Positions 19,006 through 28,435 are shown, counted from the stretch's first letter. The stretch is 64,000 nucleotides of DNA from a virus (IMGVR_UViG_3300009194_000008:1-64000); one strand, 5' to 3'. The notes: generated by a model from the sequence alone, not told the origin. Translations and numbers: made by a program.

Positions 19006-21270
19006 ATGAATACCAACCTGAAGAAGCTGTTTGCATCACGTCACGATGCCATGAAGAAGGACTTCGATCTGGGCGGCTTCGTCGCCTCCATGGAATCGGC
19101 CCAAGACACCGTCGGCAGTGTGCTGGCTGGTGGTAAGGAACTGGCCTCCCGTGTCTCCGTCGAATCTTTCGGCGACCTGGGCATGGAAGAAGCTCAGACC
19201 TGTCAAGAGCTCTACGCTTCCATGGAAGAAGCCCTGGAGCATGAAGGTTTCGAATCCTTCAACGCCAAGCGCGGTGATGACGCTTCCCGTATCGGTGAGA
19301 ACCAGATCATGGCAGCCACCCTGGCTTCCATCGCCGGTAACGAAGAAGTTCGCTACAAGCGCGCCATGCGCGGCATGACCACCACCCCGCAGTCCAACAA
19401 CCCGAACGTCATCTCCATCGCTCCGATGATGGATGGCCCGCACGGTCAGATGCCGGTGCTCTCCGAAGGCCAAGGCCTGGAGAACTACAACGAGAAGTCC
19501 CAGCGTGACTTCCGCGTCATCTCCGTCGCCTACAACCTGGCCGCTGCTCGTCAGGATGCCTTCGGCGAAGCCATCTACCCGACCGTCGTGGTGAACCCGA
19601 CTGAAGGTGGTGTGACCCAGAACCTGACCTACGCTGCCGTCCTCAAGGACGTCTTCCATGAAGTCACCGGCGCGCTGTTCGACACCCGTGAAGTCAACAT
19701 GGTCGAAGCCTTCCGTGACCCGTCCGTCCTGGAAGATGCCAGCACCAAGCTGGTTCCGGTCGTCGACGATGCCGACAAGAACGCTCGCGTGTTCGTGGAC
19801 CCCGCCATCATCGCTCCGGTCTCCATCGACCTCGAGAAAGGCGGTACCGTCAACACCGCTCCGCTGAAGATCGGTGAGAAGTTCGACCTGATCGGCGTGT
19901 CCAACCGTCAGCAGCTGATCGCTGGCAACATGCTGGACGTGTCCGACACCATCGACCCGGCCATGCGTCTGAAGAACCTGTACGTCCGTACCGGTGGCGC
20001 CTCCCCGAAGGTCATCAAGTTCACTGTCGAGCGCATGCCGACCGCAGTGTTCCAGCCGAGCCTGACCAACGATACCCGTCTGGCCCAGCTGAACTTCACC
20101 ACCGAAGACCTGGTGCTGTCAGCCTCTACCAAGGCCATCGACGGTTCTACCAACACCGCTATCGACGAGCTGGCCAACCGTAACTGGACCATGCGCGTCT
20201 CTGTCAGCGCTTCCGGTAACGTCTCCCTGTCCAAGGGTGATGCCTGGATCCACGCCACCCCGGTGGTGATCGAGAAGCTGCTCGACGAAGATGGTACCGC
20301 CCTGGACAAGTCCGCTGGCGATGCCGCTACCGTTGTTGACGCGTTCGGCGACATGACCGTTGTCGGTTACGACCTCGACGCCCGCTTCACCAACACCAAC
20401 CGTCGTGAGCGCGGTCAGCTGGTGCAGACCCGTACTCTGCAGTTCCGCTACCCGATCCCGATGCACAGCCCGATCACCCTGCCGATGTCCACCATGGACG
20501 AGTCTGGTCCGGGCGATGTGGTCAAGACCCTGACCGTGGCCACCAACATCCGTAACAGCAACAACGCTGTGACTCGCCTGCTGAACTACCTGGCTCAGCT
20601 GCGTGAAGTGGTGACCTCTGGTTACGACCGTCCGAAGTTCGGTGCTGTCGAAGGTGCCCTGTCCGCCATGATCCGCCCGACCTACCGGTCCGGCACCCTG
20701 GATCTGGAAGCAGCCATCGATACCGTCCGCTCCAAGGACCGTTGGGAAGACGTCTGCCAGACCATCCTCAACACCATCAAGAGCATGCTGTTCCCGGCAT
20801 ACCGCGACTCCAACATCGAGGCGGCCTTCCAGACCGTCACCGGCAACGCTGATGAGCGTCCCAAGTTCATCATCGCCACCGATAAGGAAATCGCGCATTA
20901 CCTGATGCTCAAAGGTGATGACCGGACTCTGGGTTCTTACCTGAAGTATGATATCGTCTCCACCAACAACGAGCGGTTCGATGGCAAGATCGTCATCATC
21001 CCGACTCGCGAGAACCCGGTCGAGAACGACATCCTGAACTTCGGTCAGTTCTACTACGTCCCGACCATCGTGGCCGATCTCCCGATCAGCCGCAACGGTC
21101 AGACCTCGCGTGAAATCGCTGCCGTGCCGTTCAACCTGCACGTCAACAACATCCCGTTCGCTATCGAGCTGGACGTTGTGGGTCTGGACCGCGTCATGGG
21201 TTCTTCTCAGTACAACAGCCTCCCGGGCTTCCAGACTGAGCAAGTGACCATCGAGCAGACCGCTCCCTAA
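19006..21270 (+). CDS. major capsid protein (phiKZ gp120-like)
   Basis: About 754 aa with extreme codon bias; GLENYNEK...YNLAAARQDAFGEAIYPT typical of phiKZ-type capsids; S/G-x-E prohead protease motifs (SME, SVE, GLE) in the propeptide. Confidence 0.93.
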   Translation: MNTNLKKLFASRHDAMKKDFDLGGFVASMESAQDTVGSVLAGGKELASRVSVESFGDLGMEEAQTCQELYASMEEALEHEGFESFNAKRGDDASRIGENQIMAATLASIAGNEEVRYKRAMRGMTTTPQSNNPNVISIAPMMDGPHGQMPVLSEGQGLENYNEKSQRDFRVISVAYNLAAARQDAFGEAIYPTVVVNPTEGGVTQNLTYAAVLKDVFHEVTGALFDTREVNMVEAFRDPSVLEDASTKLVPVVDDADKNARVFVDPAIIAPVSIDLEKGGTVNTAPLKIGEKFDLIGVSNRQQLIAGNMLDVSDTIDPAMRLKNLYVRTGGASPKVIKFTVERMPTAVFQPSLTNDTRLAQLNFTTEDLVLSASTKAIDGSTNTAIDELANRNWTMRVSVSASGNVSLSKGDAWIHATPVVIEKLLDEDGTALDKSAGDAATVVDAFGDMTVVGYDLDARFTNTNRRERGQLVQTRTLQFRYPIPMHSPITLPMSTMDESGPGDVVKTLTVATNIRNSNNAVTRLLNYLAQLREVVTSGYDRPKFGAVEGALSAMIRPTYRSGTLDLEAAIDTVRSKDRWEDVCQTILNTIKSMLFPAYRDSNIEAAFQTVTGNADERPKFIIATDKEIAHYLMLKGDDRTLGSYLKYDIVSTNNERFDGKIVIIPTRENPVENDILNFGQFYYVPTIVADLPISRNGQTSREIAAVPFNLHVNNIPFAIELDVVGLDRVMGSSQYNSLPGFQTEQVTIEQTAP

Positions 21271-21303
21271 CGGTTAGCCGTTAGCAGGAGTAGTTAGCTC
21301 ACG

Positions 21304-21337
21304 TAGAGCCCCGCCTCCGGGCGGGGCTCTATGCCGT
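21304..21337 (+). terminator. terminator after capsid gene
   Basis: TAGAGCCCCGCC-TCCG-GGCGGGGCTCTA then TGCCG. Confidence 0.8.
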
Positions 21338-21403
21338 CCGGAAGGAATACCCGCCAGGCTAATCATTTGCAGTATGTCTACATCCACTAACACCAAGGAC
21401 GTT

Positions 21404-22576
21404 ATGAAAGCCACAATTTCGTTAACCAGTGATCAAGGACAGACATTGGACGAGAAGACTGTTACCCTTGAAGTCCCGGCGCATGATGCGCTGGAGTATG
21501 CCGAAGTGGTACCTGAGGTGGTGAGTCGATGGAACGGTGGGGCCGTTATTGAACTGACCGTACATAACCACATGGTAACCCCCATACGTAACCCTCAAGT
21601 TAGCTTTTCCCTTAATGGGTCGCTGGCCGAGGTGTGGAACGGCAACATTGTGGTGAGTCAAGCACCCTATCATCAACTGCGGCTCGATGAAGAGATCATC
21701 GCCACCGGTGACAGTGGTCGGTGTCGAGTCAAGGTTTATTTAACCAACGATGTATTGCCGGAACAGTATCGGGTGTTGACTACCCTACCCGGTCCGAGTA
21801 CAGCGCCAGTGTCTCCTGACAACGTAGATAGTAACAACGACCTTGACGACTACCATCTTCTGACAACACTGATTCCTGACTACGATGAATTTGATCGTGT
21901 CATGGAAGTGCGGGACGTGTCGTCTGTCTGGGGTGAAGAGAACACTCACATTATCCCCGGTACGACAACACCGGATCGGGAACGTGGATTCCGGACAACG
22001 GTTAAAGAAGGCACCTCCTCCAATGGTGACAATGGTGTTGGGGGCACGGGCTTCGATTTCAATTTCCAAGGGTATACGACTGCTATCCTGGCGTACCGCA
22101 TTCGCTTTGAAGCGGGGTTTGATTTCGTTAAGGGTGGCAAGCTCCCCGGGTTAGCTGGCGGCGATACCCCCAGCGGCGGTCAATCCGCCGAGAACGGATT
22201 CTCGATGCGACTGATGTGGCGCGAAGAGGGCTACGGTGAAGTCTATCATTACGGACCGTATCGTGAGAACCACTATGGTGATAGCATCGGTCGGGGTAAC
22301 TTCCGCTTCGAAGCAGGTCGTTGGATGAACATCATGCAGCAGATCGTGCTCAACACGATCGGTCCTGACGGTACCCCCAATGCCGATGGGATACTGCGAC
22401 TGTGGGTTGACGGGAAGCTTGTGATTGAATCCACTTCCATGGTCTATCGCAACAAGCCCGAGGTATTGATCAGTGCCTTGATGTACACCATCTTCTTTGG
22501 TGGTACTGGGGAAGAGTGGCGGACACCGAGGGATCAGTACATCGATACCAGCAATTACGAGATTTACGTACTGTAA
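21404..22576 (+). CDS. polysaccharide lyase family 14 (alginate/polyuronate lyase-like) with N-terminal CBM2-like domain
   Basis: SRWNGG..IELTVHN and VWNG (CBM2 pattern); FDFVKGGKLPGL, GFSMRLMWR, SIGRGNFRF, DGILRLWVDG and FFGG (PL14 pattern); AAGGA RBS before ATG 21404 (track start 21374). Confidence 0.82.
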   Translation: MKATISLTSDQGQTLDEKTVTLEVPAHDALEYAEVVPEVVSRWNGGAVIELTVHNHMVTPIRNPQVSFSLNGSLAEVWNGNIVVSQAPYHQLRLDEEIIATGDSGRCRVKVYLTNDVLPEQYRVLTTLPGPSTAPVSPDNVDSNNDLDDYHLLTTLIPDYDEFDRVMEVRDVSSVWGEENTHIIPGTTTPDRERGFRTTVKEGTSSNGDNGVGGTGFDFNFQGYTTAILAYRIRFEAGFDFVKGGKLPGLAGGDTPSGGQSAENGFSMRLMWREEGYGEVYHYGPYRENHYGDSIGRGNFRFEAGRWMNIMQQIVLNTIGPDGTPNADGILRLWVDGKLVIESTSMVYRNKPEVLISALMYTIFFGGTGEEWRTPRDQYIDTSNYEIYVL

Positions 22577-22649
22577 GGAGTACTGTGGGATAAAGAAAAA
22601 ACCACGCGGGGGGGCTATGTAATGTAGACCCCCACCACAGGAAACGTAC

Positions 22650-23423
22650 ATGCTGACCACAGCACTTCGATGGAATGACAATGACCGACATTTCGGTCCT
22701 TTTTTATTTTCTCGCCGTCAGCCCGATGGTTTTACTGCCACTGGACTTGTACTTGAGTCCAATCCCGATTATGACAATGACGATAAAGCCCGTTGTTTCC
22801 TACGGTGTCATCTTGTTGGTCATACCGTAATCGTCTGGCTTCCCACACTCTTCAAGCCATACCGAGAAACGTTGCCAAGAGAGCACAGTGCACTAACCGA
22901 ATCCGAGCGTTATGATGAATACCCGAGGGAATTCGGGGTAACGCTAAACCGGGCGTTTCTGCAGGTATTTTACGGGCGTCAAACTGACGACAGTAGTACC
23001 ACCCGGAGCTGGTCGGCGTTCCTGCCTTGGACAGAAACCCGGTTAGTCAAACAGAACTTGATCGACACCCAGGGAAATGAAATCGCGAACGACGGCGCAC
23101 TACTGGCCGATGATCAATATATCCAAAACTTCACGTTTGAGGATACCGACGGTGCGGTCATCCATGCACGGACGTATTTACGCAGTCTCGAATACCGGCG
23201 CGGGGACGGTTGGTTCAAGTGGTTGGGTTACGTGACACCAATGCCCCCGGTTCGTCGGATACTGGACATCGAGTACAGTGTCGAAGTGGGGAGCGGAAAA
23301 AACGATTGGAAGGGAGGCGTGTTGGGGTGTAGCATCGAAGCGCACCCAAGAGAACTCCATGAGTCCGCGTTTATCCGACATTGTAAGAAACGTGGTCTGA
23401 CGTACCCAATCCCCGCAACGTAA
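22650..23423 (+). CDS. conserved phage hypothetical protein
   Basis: CAGGA RBS; 257 aa. Confidence 0.7.
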   Translation: MLTTALRWNDNDRHFGPFLFSRRQPDGFTATGLVLESNPDYDNDDKARCFLRCHLVGHTVIVWLPTLFKPYRETLPREHSALTESERYDEYPREFGVTLNRAFLQVFYGRQTDDSSTTRSWSAFLPWTETRLVKQNLIDTQGNEIANDGALLADDQYIQNFTFEDTDGAVIHARTYLRSLEYRRGDGWFKWLGYVTPMPPVRRILDIEYSVEVGSGKNDWKGGVLGCSIEAHPRELHESAFIRHCKKRGLTYPIPAT

Positions 23424-23459
23424 AGAAATACCCAACGTCCCTATGTATTGAAGGGAAAT

Positions 23460-23484
23460 GCCCCGGTGGTGGAATTGGTAGACA
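23460..23484 (+). pseudogene. 5' fragment of a tRNA-Leu-type gene (acceptor 5' strand and D-arm only)
   Basis: GCCCCGGTGGTGGAATTGGTAGACA matches bacterial type-II tRNA 5' ends, then breaks off into the HNH gene leader. Confidence 0.7.
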
Positions 23485-23502
23485 GAACGAAAGGTAACTT
23501 CC

Positions 23503-23991
23503 ATGCTGACCATGCCTGATTGGCAGAAAGTCTATGGACCATACACCCGTAAGGATGGTAGAAAGCATGTTGTTGTTGTGACTAAAGATCCTGCCACTGG
23601 TGCAACGGTTTCCAGACAGACGATCTCGTACCCGAAGTACGTGGTTGAAGGCGTGTTGCTTGAAACATTGCCCGACGACATGACGGTTGACCACATTGAC
23701 CGCAACTTTAAAAACGACTGTCTTTCAAACTACCGGGTAGTTGATAAACCAACACATTCCCGTGAAGATGCAAGACACCGTCGTAAAGATTTAGTTGCGT
23801 GCATTGAATGTGGCGTTAACTTCATTCCGTCAAGTAATCAAGTTAACAATTGGAGTCGCTCTAAGGCAGGTCCTTTCTGCAGTAGGAGTTGTACTGGTCG
23901 TTATGGCCAAAGAGTGCAAACTACAGGAAACCGAGTAAAGCGCAAGGTTGTTGACGTGGAGTATTACTATCTAGACAAACAACTTAGATGA
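23503..23991 (+). mobile_element. free-standing HNH homing endonuclease with C-terminal Zn finger
   Basis: TVDHIDRNFKNDCLSNYRVV...H motif; CIECG...FCSRSC; flanked by tRNA sequences. Confidence 0.85.
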
Positions 23992-23997
23992 AATTTA

Positions 23998-24084
23998 GGG
24001 GCGTTGGCGGAATTGTTATACGCACGTCACTTAAAATGACGCGACCGGAAGGTCATGTGGGTTAGAGTCCCACACGCCCCACCA
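23998..24084 (+). tRNA. tRNA-Leu(TAA)
   Basis: Acceptor GGGGCGT/ACGCCCC plus ACCA; anticodon arm CGTCA-CTTAAAA-TGACG; long variable arm GACC-GGAA-GGTC; T arm GTGGG-TTAGAGT-CCCAC. Confidence 0.92.
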
Positions 24085-24099
24085 TTTTAAACAACCCGG

Positions 24100-24780
24100 C
24101 AAGCTGTGGGTGGATTACCGGGATACTGCAGCCTCCTAAGATGAGCGGGTATTGTGAGTTGGGGATAAGACTTGGGCAGTGTCCCTCAGCCATGATACCG
24201 AAACCCTCATTGAGTCCCATCACTGAGATTGTCTGTCGTCTGAGTGATTACGCATAGACAGGCTAGTGGTCCATCTGCTTTGCCTAACGCGCTACGGCGC
24301 TGCAAAACACAGGACAAAGTTTACACGCCTACTGGGTGGTCCACGAAGGGGTGGAGGTTAGGCATGCTGGTCCGATACATGCTGACCTTACGAAAGCTGA
24401 GACTGGACAAGTCGTGGGGCGTTCGCCTTTAATTGGGAAATTATTGGCGAGCTACTGAGTGTTAGTAGGTTACTGCTGGGAGCTGCCCGGTGCTGATACG
24501 AAAACCTTAAAACCCACGGCGGGCCTATTACGCCCTGGATGTTACTTCGGTAACGCGGGGCATTGGTGGTACCACATCTGGTGGGCCACACTACCTGTGT
24601 TCCAGCACAGTTGAACCCACGAACATGCGACTGACTGGAGAGTCGTATACAAGGCTAGAAGTAATCCAACTGTATCGGCGTCCCTCGGGCCCTTGAACCG
24701 ATACGACAGCGATGAATTGGTGAGTTGGGAGCCTGAACCCAATGCCCCTGGGTAACCAGGGTGCGCGAGATGCACCAAGC
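24100..24780 (+). ncRNA. putative large structured non-coding RNA (about 680 nt)
   Basis: No credible ORF; long-range closing helices, UNCG/GNRA-capped hairpins and G-U pairs consistent with the + strand; lies between a tRNA and a terminator. Confidence 0.75.
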
Positions 24781-24815
24781 GACATAATACCCTCCCTTCG
24801 GGGAGGGGTTATGTT
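24781..24815. terminator. GACATAA-hairpin-TTATG terminator
   Basis: CCCTCCC-TTCG-GGGAGGG. Confidence 0.8.
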
Positions 24816-24841
24816 TACGTGGAGTCCATGAGATTTGACAT

Positions 24842-24858
24842 CTACATTATTACGGTGA
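24842..24858 (+). promoter_or_regulatory. putative early promoter C-TACATTAT-N5-TGA
   Basis: Motif copy upstream of the operon containing the non-virion RNAP subunit. Confidence 0.65.
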
Positions 24859-24887
24859 GCTTAACCCAACCGTAAGGAGTCTTACTC

Positions 24888-25595
24888 ATGGATTTTCGTC
24901 AAGAAGGCCTGTGCCTGTATTATCAGGACGCCCTCAATTCCATTCAGCATACCACCGACGACCGTACCGATCGCACGGAGAAATCCGTGACCACGTATGC
25001 CGTCACTACCTATCAGATCGAACTGAGCGACGACGATCTGATCGAGGAGATTTGTGAAGTCGCTGATGTACCCCAGTGGGTGAAAGATCAGTGGTGCGAT
25101 CAAACCGGTTCTGTGCTGGTCGCCGAAGAACTGATCACCAAGGAGGCGACTCTTCAGGAGTCGTCTTTTCGTGATAACACTCGTGACGAGGACCACCAAC
25201 CCAAAGCACCCGTCTTTGAAGTCCGTTGCAAGATGTCCGAAAAACAGCGCAGATTGCAGTACCAAACCGCACTCCTGCGCAGCCGAATCAACGATCTTGG
25301 CAGGGGAACACACCATGGGCCACCACCGCAAGGGGAGAACCCCCTACAAAAATTTACCGAGCGGACAGGCGATCACATCCGCGTCTGTCCGCTCCAAACC
25401 CCAACAGGACGATCCTTCGATGACACAGAAACACGCTGGCTCGCAGGACTCTTCCTCGACAGCCAAGCGCGAGAAAACCAAGCGCTTTCCCAACAAGACG
25501 TTCGGACGGAAATTCCGCCCCGCAAACTGACGTCTCTTAACATGTCGGTGGTGTCCGTCTGTATAGGCGGCGCCACCTTTAACATGGACGGATGA
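24888..25595 (+). CDS. hypothetical protein
   Basis: TAAGGAG RBS; 235 aa. Confidence 0.65.
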   Translation: MDFRQEGLCLYYQDALNSIQHTTDDRTDRTEKSVTTYAVTTYQIELSDDDLIEEICEVADVPQWVKDQWCDQTGSVLVAEELITKEATLQESSFRDNTRDEDHQPKAPVFEVRCKMSEKQRRLQYQTALLRSRINDLGRGTHHGPPPQGENPLQKFTERTGDHIRVCPLQTPTGRSFDDTETRWLAGLFLDSQARENQALSQQDVRTEIPPRKLTSLNMSVVSVCIGGATFNMDG

Positions 25596-25601
25596 CACAA
25601 C

Positions 25602-26801
25602 ATGGCTCGACAACTCGATCACATCTTTGCCAGCCTAGTCTCAGAGGTGTTACCGGGTCCCGTGCCACTCCCCCAAGGGCGACGCCTACGCAGCTCGTTT
25701 CATCTTGAGTTCACTAACACCATGCGGGTTCCGGTCTTCTGGCGCAATGCGCTGGGGATTGTGGTGAGTGAGCCCAGTAGTTCATCCACTTCCGGTGGGG
25801 AATACTTTTACATCAGAATTGAGTATGAGTTCGAACCCGGAGTAAAGATTGACGCACGTGAACTATTGGATGAGCTAGAGCTGCCATCGAACCACGCTGA
25901 GTTAGGCGGCATTGTTAAAGCCCTGGAGGCACTCGAGAAAGATCCTAACTGGTATCAGCAACGTAAGTTTTCGTATCAGCTGGGGATCTCTCGTGAGGAC
26001 CTGGAAAACGCTGGAGGCGTGGCATATCTCAACGATGTTGATCTAGTGGTCGGATTTGAGCAGCACCGCGATGTTGCTCTCCATCCGTTCTCACCACCCG
26101 GTCAGCGTCAACGCCTTAGCGAAGTGCTGGACCCACAACAGGGGTTTCAGCAGCGCTTTGTCTTGATTGATAATTCGGGCATCATTGGCCCACGTTGGGT
26201 CAACACGGGTTATGGTACCTACGAGATAACACCGGTCGCCGATCCCCAGTTACGGGACGGGGTTTATGTTTCCGTATGCCATCACCGCCTGTCCGAACCA
26301 AAAACCACTCATTATCCCATGGAGGAAGCTGAGAAAGCCTTGGGGCTTTACCGCAATCGGGCCGAAGCCGAAGCGTTTGGGAGCCCCGAAGAGCGTTTCA
26401 AGGCGGAACTCAAAGAAACTGAACAACAGATTGCTCGCGACAAGGTCGAGCTGGGGAGACTGAAACAAGAGGTAGACCGAGAGAAACACGAAGCAGAAAC
26501 AGAACGACGTCGTGAAGACGAGCGGCGAGCGCAGGAACAAGCTGAAGCCGATGCCCGCAACAGACGAGAAAAAGAAGCCTTGGAGCGTGAACGCGATCGA
26601 CTGACGCTCGAAAAGGAACGGATGGACTTTGAACGACAGACGTTCCAGGAGCGACAGAAGTTTGAATACGACATGCGTTCTCGTGATCGGAAAGACCAAT
26701 CCGATACCCACAAGGCCGCCTTGGATTATGCCAAGGCCATTCTCGGCATCGTCAGCATAGGGCTATCACTCTACGCAGTGATCAAGAAAAACCAAAAGTA
26801 G
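25602..26801 (+). CDS. conserved phiKZ-type protein (gp122-like) with coiled coil and C-terminal TM helix
   Basis: E/R-rich coiled coil and hydrophobic C-terminus; directly upstream of the RNAP subunit as in phiKZ. Confidence 0.65.
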   Translation: MARQLDHIFASLVSEVLPGPVPLPQGRRLRSSFHLEFTNTMRVPVFWRNALGIVVSEPSSSSTSGGEYFYIRIEYEFEPGVKIDARELLDELELPSNHAELGGIVKALEALEKDPNWYQQRKFSYQLGISREDLENAGGVAYLNDVDLVVGFEQHRDVALHPFSPPGQRQRLSEVLDPQQGFQQRFVLIDNSGIIGPRWVNTGYGTYEITPVADPQLRDGVYVSVCHHRLSEPKTTHYPMEEAEKALGLYRNRAEAEAFGSPEERFKAELKETEQQIARDKVELGRLKQEVDREKHEAETERRREDERRAQEQAEADARNRREKEALERERDRLTLEKERMDFERQTFQERQKFEYDMRSRDRKDQSDTHKAALDYAKAILGIVSIGLSLYAVIKKNQK

Positions 26802-26809
26802 GATATCTA

Positions 26810-28435
26810 ATGGATAACGCGTTGCTGGAGCGTGTCAAAGCCGTGACACCCGAGTTCAACCCGTCCATCGCCAATGGACTGGCCGTTGAGCACATGATGT
26901 CTGTGTCTCCCGAAACGGGGACCATTTCTGCCGTGGCGTACATCGACCGTCTCATCAGCATCAACCAAGAGCTCTTTCCCGAAGGACTCGTCTATGACGG
27001 GAGCCAGGTTTGTACGCCGTCCCAGCAATTTGAGGAGGTGACACGCGAGTATGATGCCAAACGCAAAGCCAATATCGCTCGTTCTGATACGTACATGGTC
27101 AAGTATCAGTTCTCTTTTAAAGGAGAAAAACTGTTTCCGCGCTATGTCCTACTCCCGTATGTGCGTGACGGGGGTATTTTAAATCTTAACGGTGCGCTCT
27201 ACAATATCTCGCCGGTATTGACTGACGTAGGCTTCTCTGTGCTGAAGGGTAGTATTTTTATCCCGTTCCGACGCACCAAGTTGACCTTTAATCGCGTGGA
27301 CCATCCCTTCTATGCGAATGGGCGACGTGAGATTGTTTACGTTATCTGGAGCATGATCCATCAGCAGATGCGTGAAGTTACAAAACGTGATCTGGACAAT
27401 CGCCGGTACATCGAGTCCTGCCTCGCCCACTACTTCTTCTGTCGCTTTGGGGTCACCGAGACCTTTAAACGCTGGGGACACGCCAACGTGATGGTGGGGT
27501 GGAACAAGGACTTCCCGGAATCGGAATACCCACGTAGTCAATACACCCGTTTCGAGTCAGTCCACCTGAAGGGGCGACACCCCAGTGGTGAGATGTGTCT
27601 AATCGTACCCAAAGAGGAAGACACGGACTTTGTACGGATGTTGGTGGGTGGTTTCTTCTACGTGGTGGATACCTTCCCCGACCACTTCCGGGAGCCGAGC
27701 TGGGTTGACGCCACTACCAATTGGCGTATCCTGCTGGGCCATCTGGTGTTTGGGGACTACCGTCATGCCGGTAAGCTACAAGAAGACATCGATACCCACC
27801 TGGCGGGGTTCGAAATCTCCCTCGATGAAATCACCCGTGATGATCTCAAGGGTCGCCACATCTATGTGGACAACATCTGGGAGTTGCTGTACACCATCAT
27901 GACCGACCTGGCATGCCATTTCTATCAGACCAGTACCGATGAAGCGTCGATGTACAACAAACGTCTCATGGTACTGCGCTACGTCATGGAGGAGTTCAAT
28001 AATCAGATTTCGAAGTTCGGCTACTTCTTCCAGGGGCGCAAGGATAAGGAGTGGACTGCCGATGACCTCAACGAAGCATTAAAGAAGCACTTCAAGCTGA
28101 GTACCTGTGTCGGACGACTGACATCGGAGCATGGGGAAATCAACACCGTCAGCTATCCCGGGGATAACAAAATCTTCCGGATCACGTCGATGTTGATCCC
28201 GCAGGATAAAGCCCGTAAGAGCCGTGGATACAGCAAAGGCTTGATCGACGATGCGTCTCGCTTGCTACATGCGAGTATTGCCGAGATCGGTCAATTCAAT
28301 AACCAACCCAAAAATAACCCGGATGGGCGTAGTCGTGCTAACCCTAACAAGCGCGTTAGTGTGGAAGGACTGGTACAACGTAACCCAGAACGGGAAGAGT
28401 TGATCGAGTCCGTTCAGAAACGACTGCATCGCTGA
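26810..28435 (+). CDS. non-virion multisubunit RNA polymerase beta-like subunit (phiKZ gp123-like)
   Basis: FNPSIANGLA, YVLLPYV..GG..LNGALYNISPVLTD, YNKRL.VLRY, YPGDNK and LHASIAEIG motifs; synteny. Confidence 0.82.
   Translation: MDNALLERVKAVTPEFNPSIANGLAVEHMMSVSPETGTISAVAYIDRLISINQELFPEGLVYDGSQVCTPSQQFEEVTREYDAKRKANIARSDTYMVKYQFSFKGEKLFPRYVLLPYVRDGGILNLNGALYNISPVLTDVGFSVLKGSIFIPFRRTKLTFNRVDHPFYANGRREIVYVIWSMIHQQMREVTKRDLDNRRYIESCLAHYFFCRFGVTETFKRWGHANVMVGWNKDFPESEYPRSQYTRFESVHLKGRHPSGEMCLIVPKEEDTDFVRMLVGGFFYVVDTFPDHFREPSWVDATTNWRILLGHLVFGDYRHAGKLQEDIDTHLAGFEISLDEITRDDLKGRHIYVDNIWELLYTIMTDLACHFYQTSTDEASMYNKRLMVLRYVMEEFNNQISKFGYFFQGRKDKEWTADDLNEALKKHFKLSTCVGRLTSEHGEINTVSYPGDNKIFRITSMLIPQDKARKSRGYSKGLIDDASRLLHASIAEIGQFNNQPKNNPDGRSRANPNKRVSVEGLVQRNPEREELIESVQKRLHR

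Noticed and set aside
19036-21243. Long antisense ORFs inside the major capsid gene (e.g. 20119-21243, 374 aa)
   Set aside because: Shadow ORFs produced by strong codon bias on the sense strand; no RBS or recognisable motifs.
23460-24780. Group I intron-split tRNA-Leu carrying the HNH gene
   Set aside because: The break is after the D-arm, not in the anticodon loop. No 3' half complementary to GCCCCGG was found, and no convincing P7 core could be identified by eye.
24100-24780. tmRNA or RNase P RNA
   Set aside because: No alanine-tRNA-like ends with a T arm, no tag reading frame and no RNase P P4 consensus seen; an Rfam search is still needed.
24244-24785. Short ORFs of 62-78 aa in the region after the tRNA
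   Set aside because: No RBS, atypical composition, mutually overlapping; RNA structure explains the region better.
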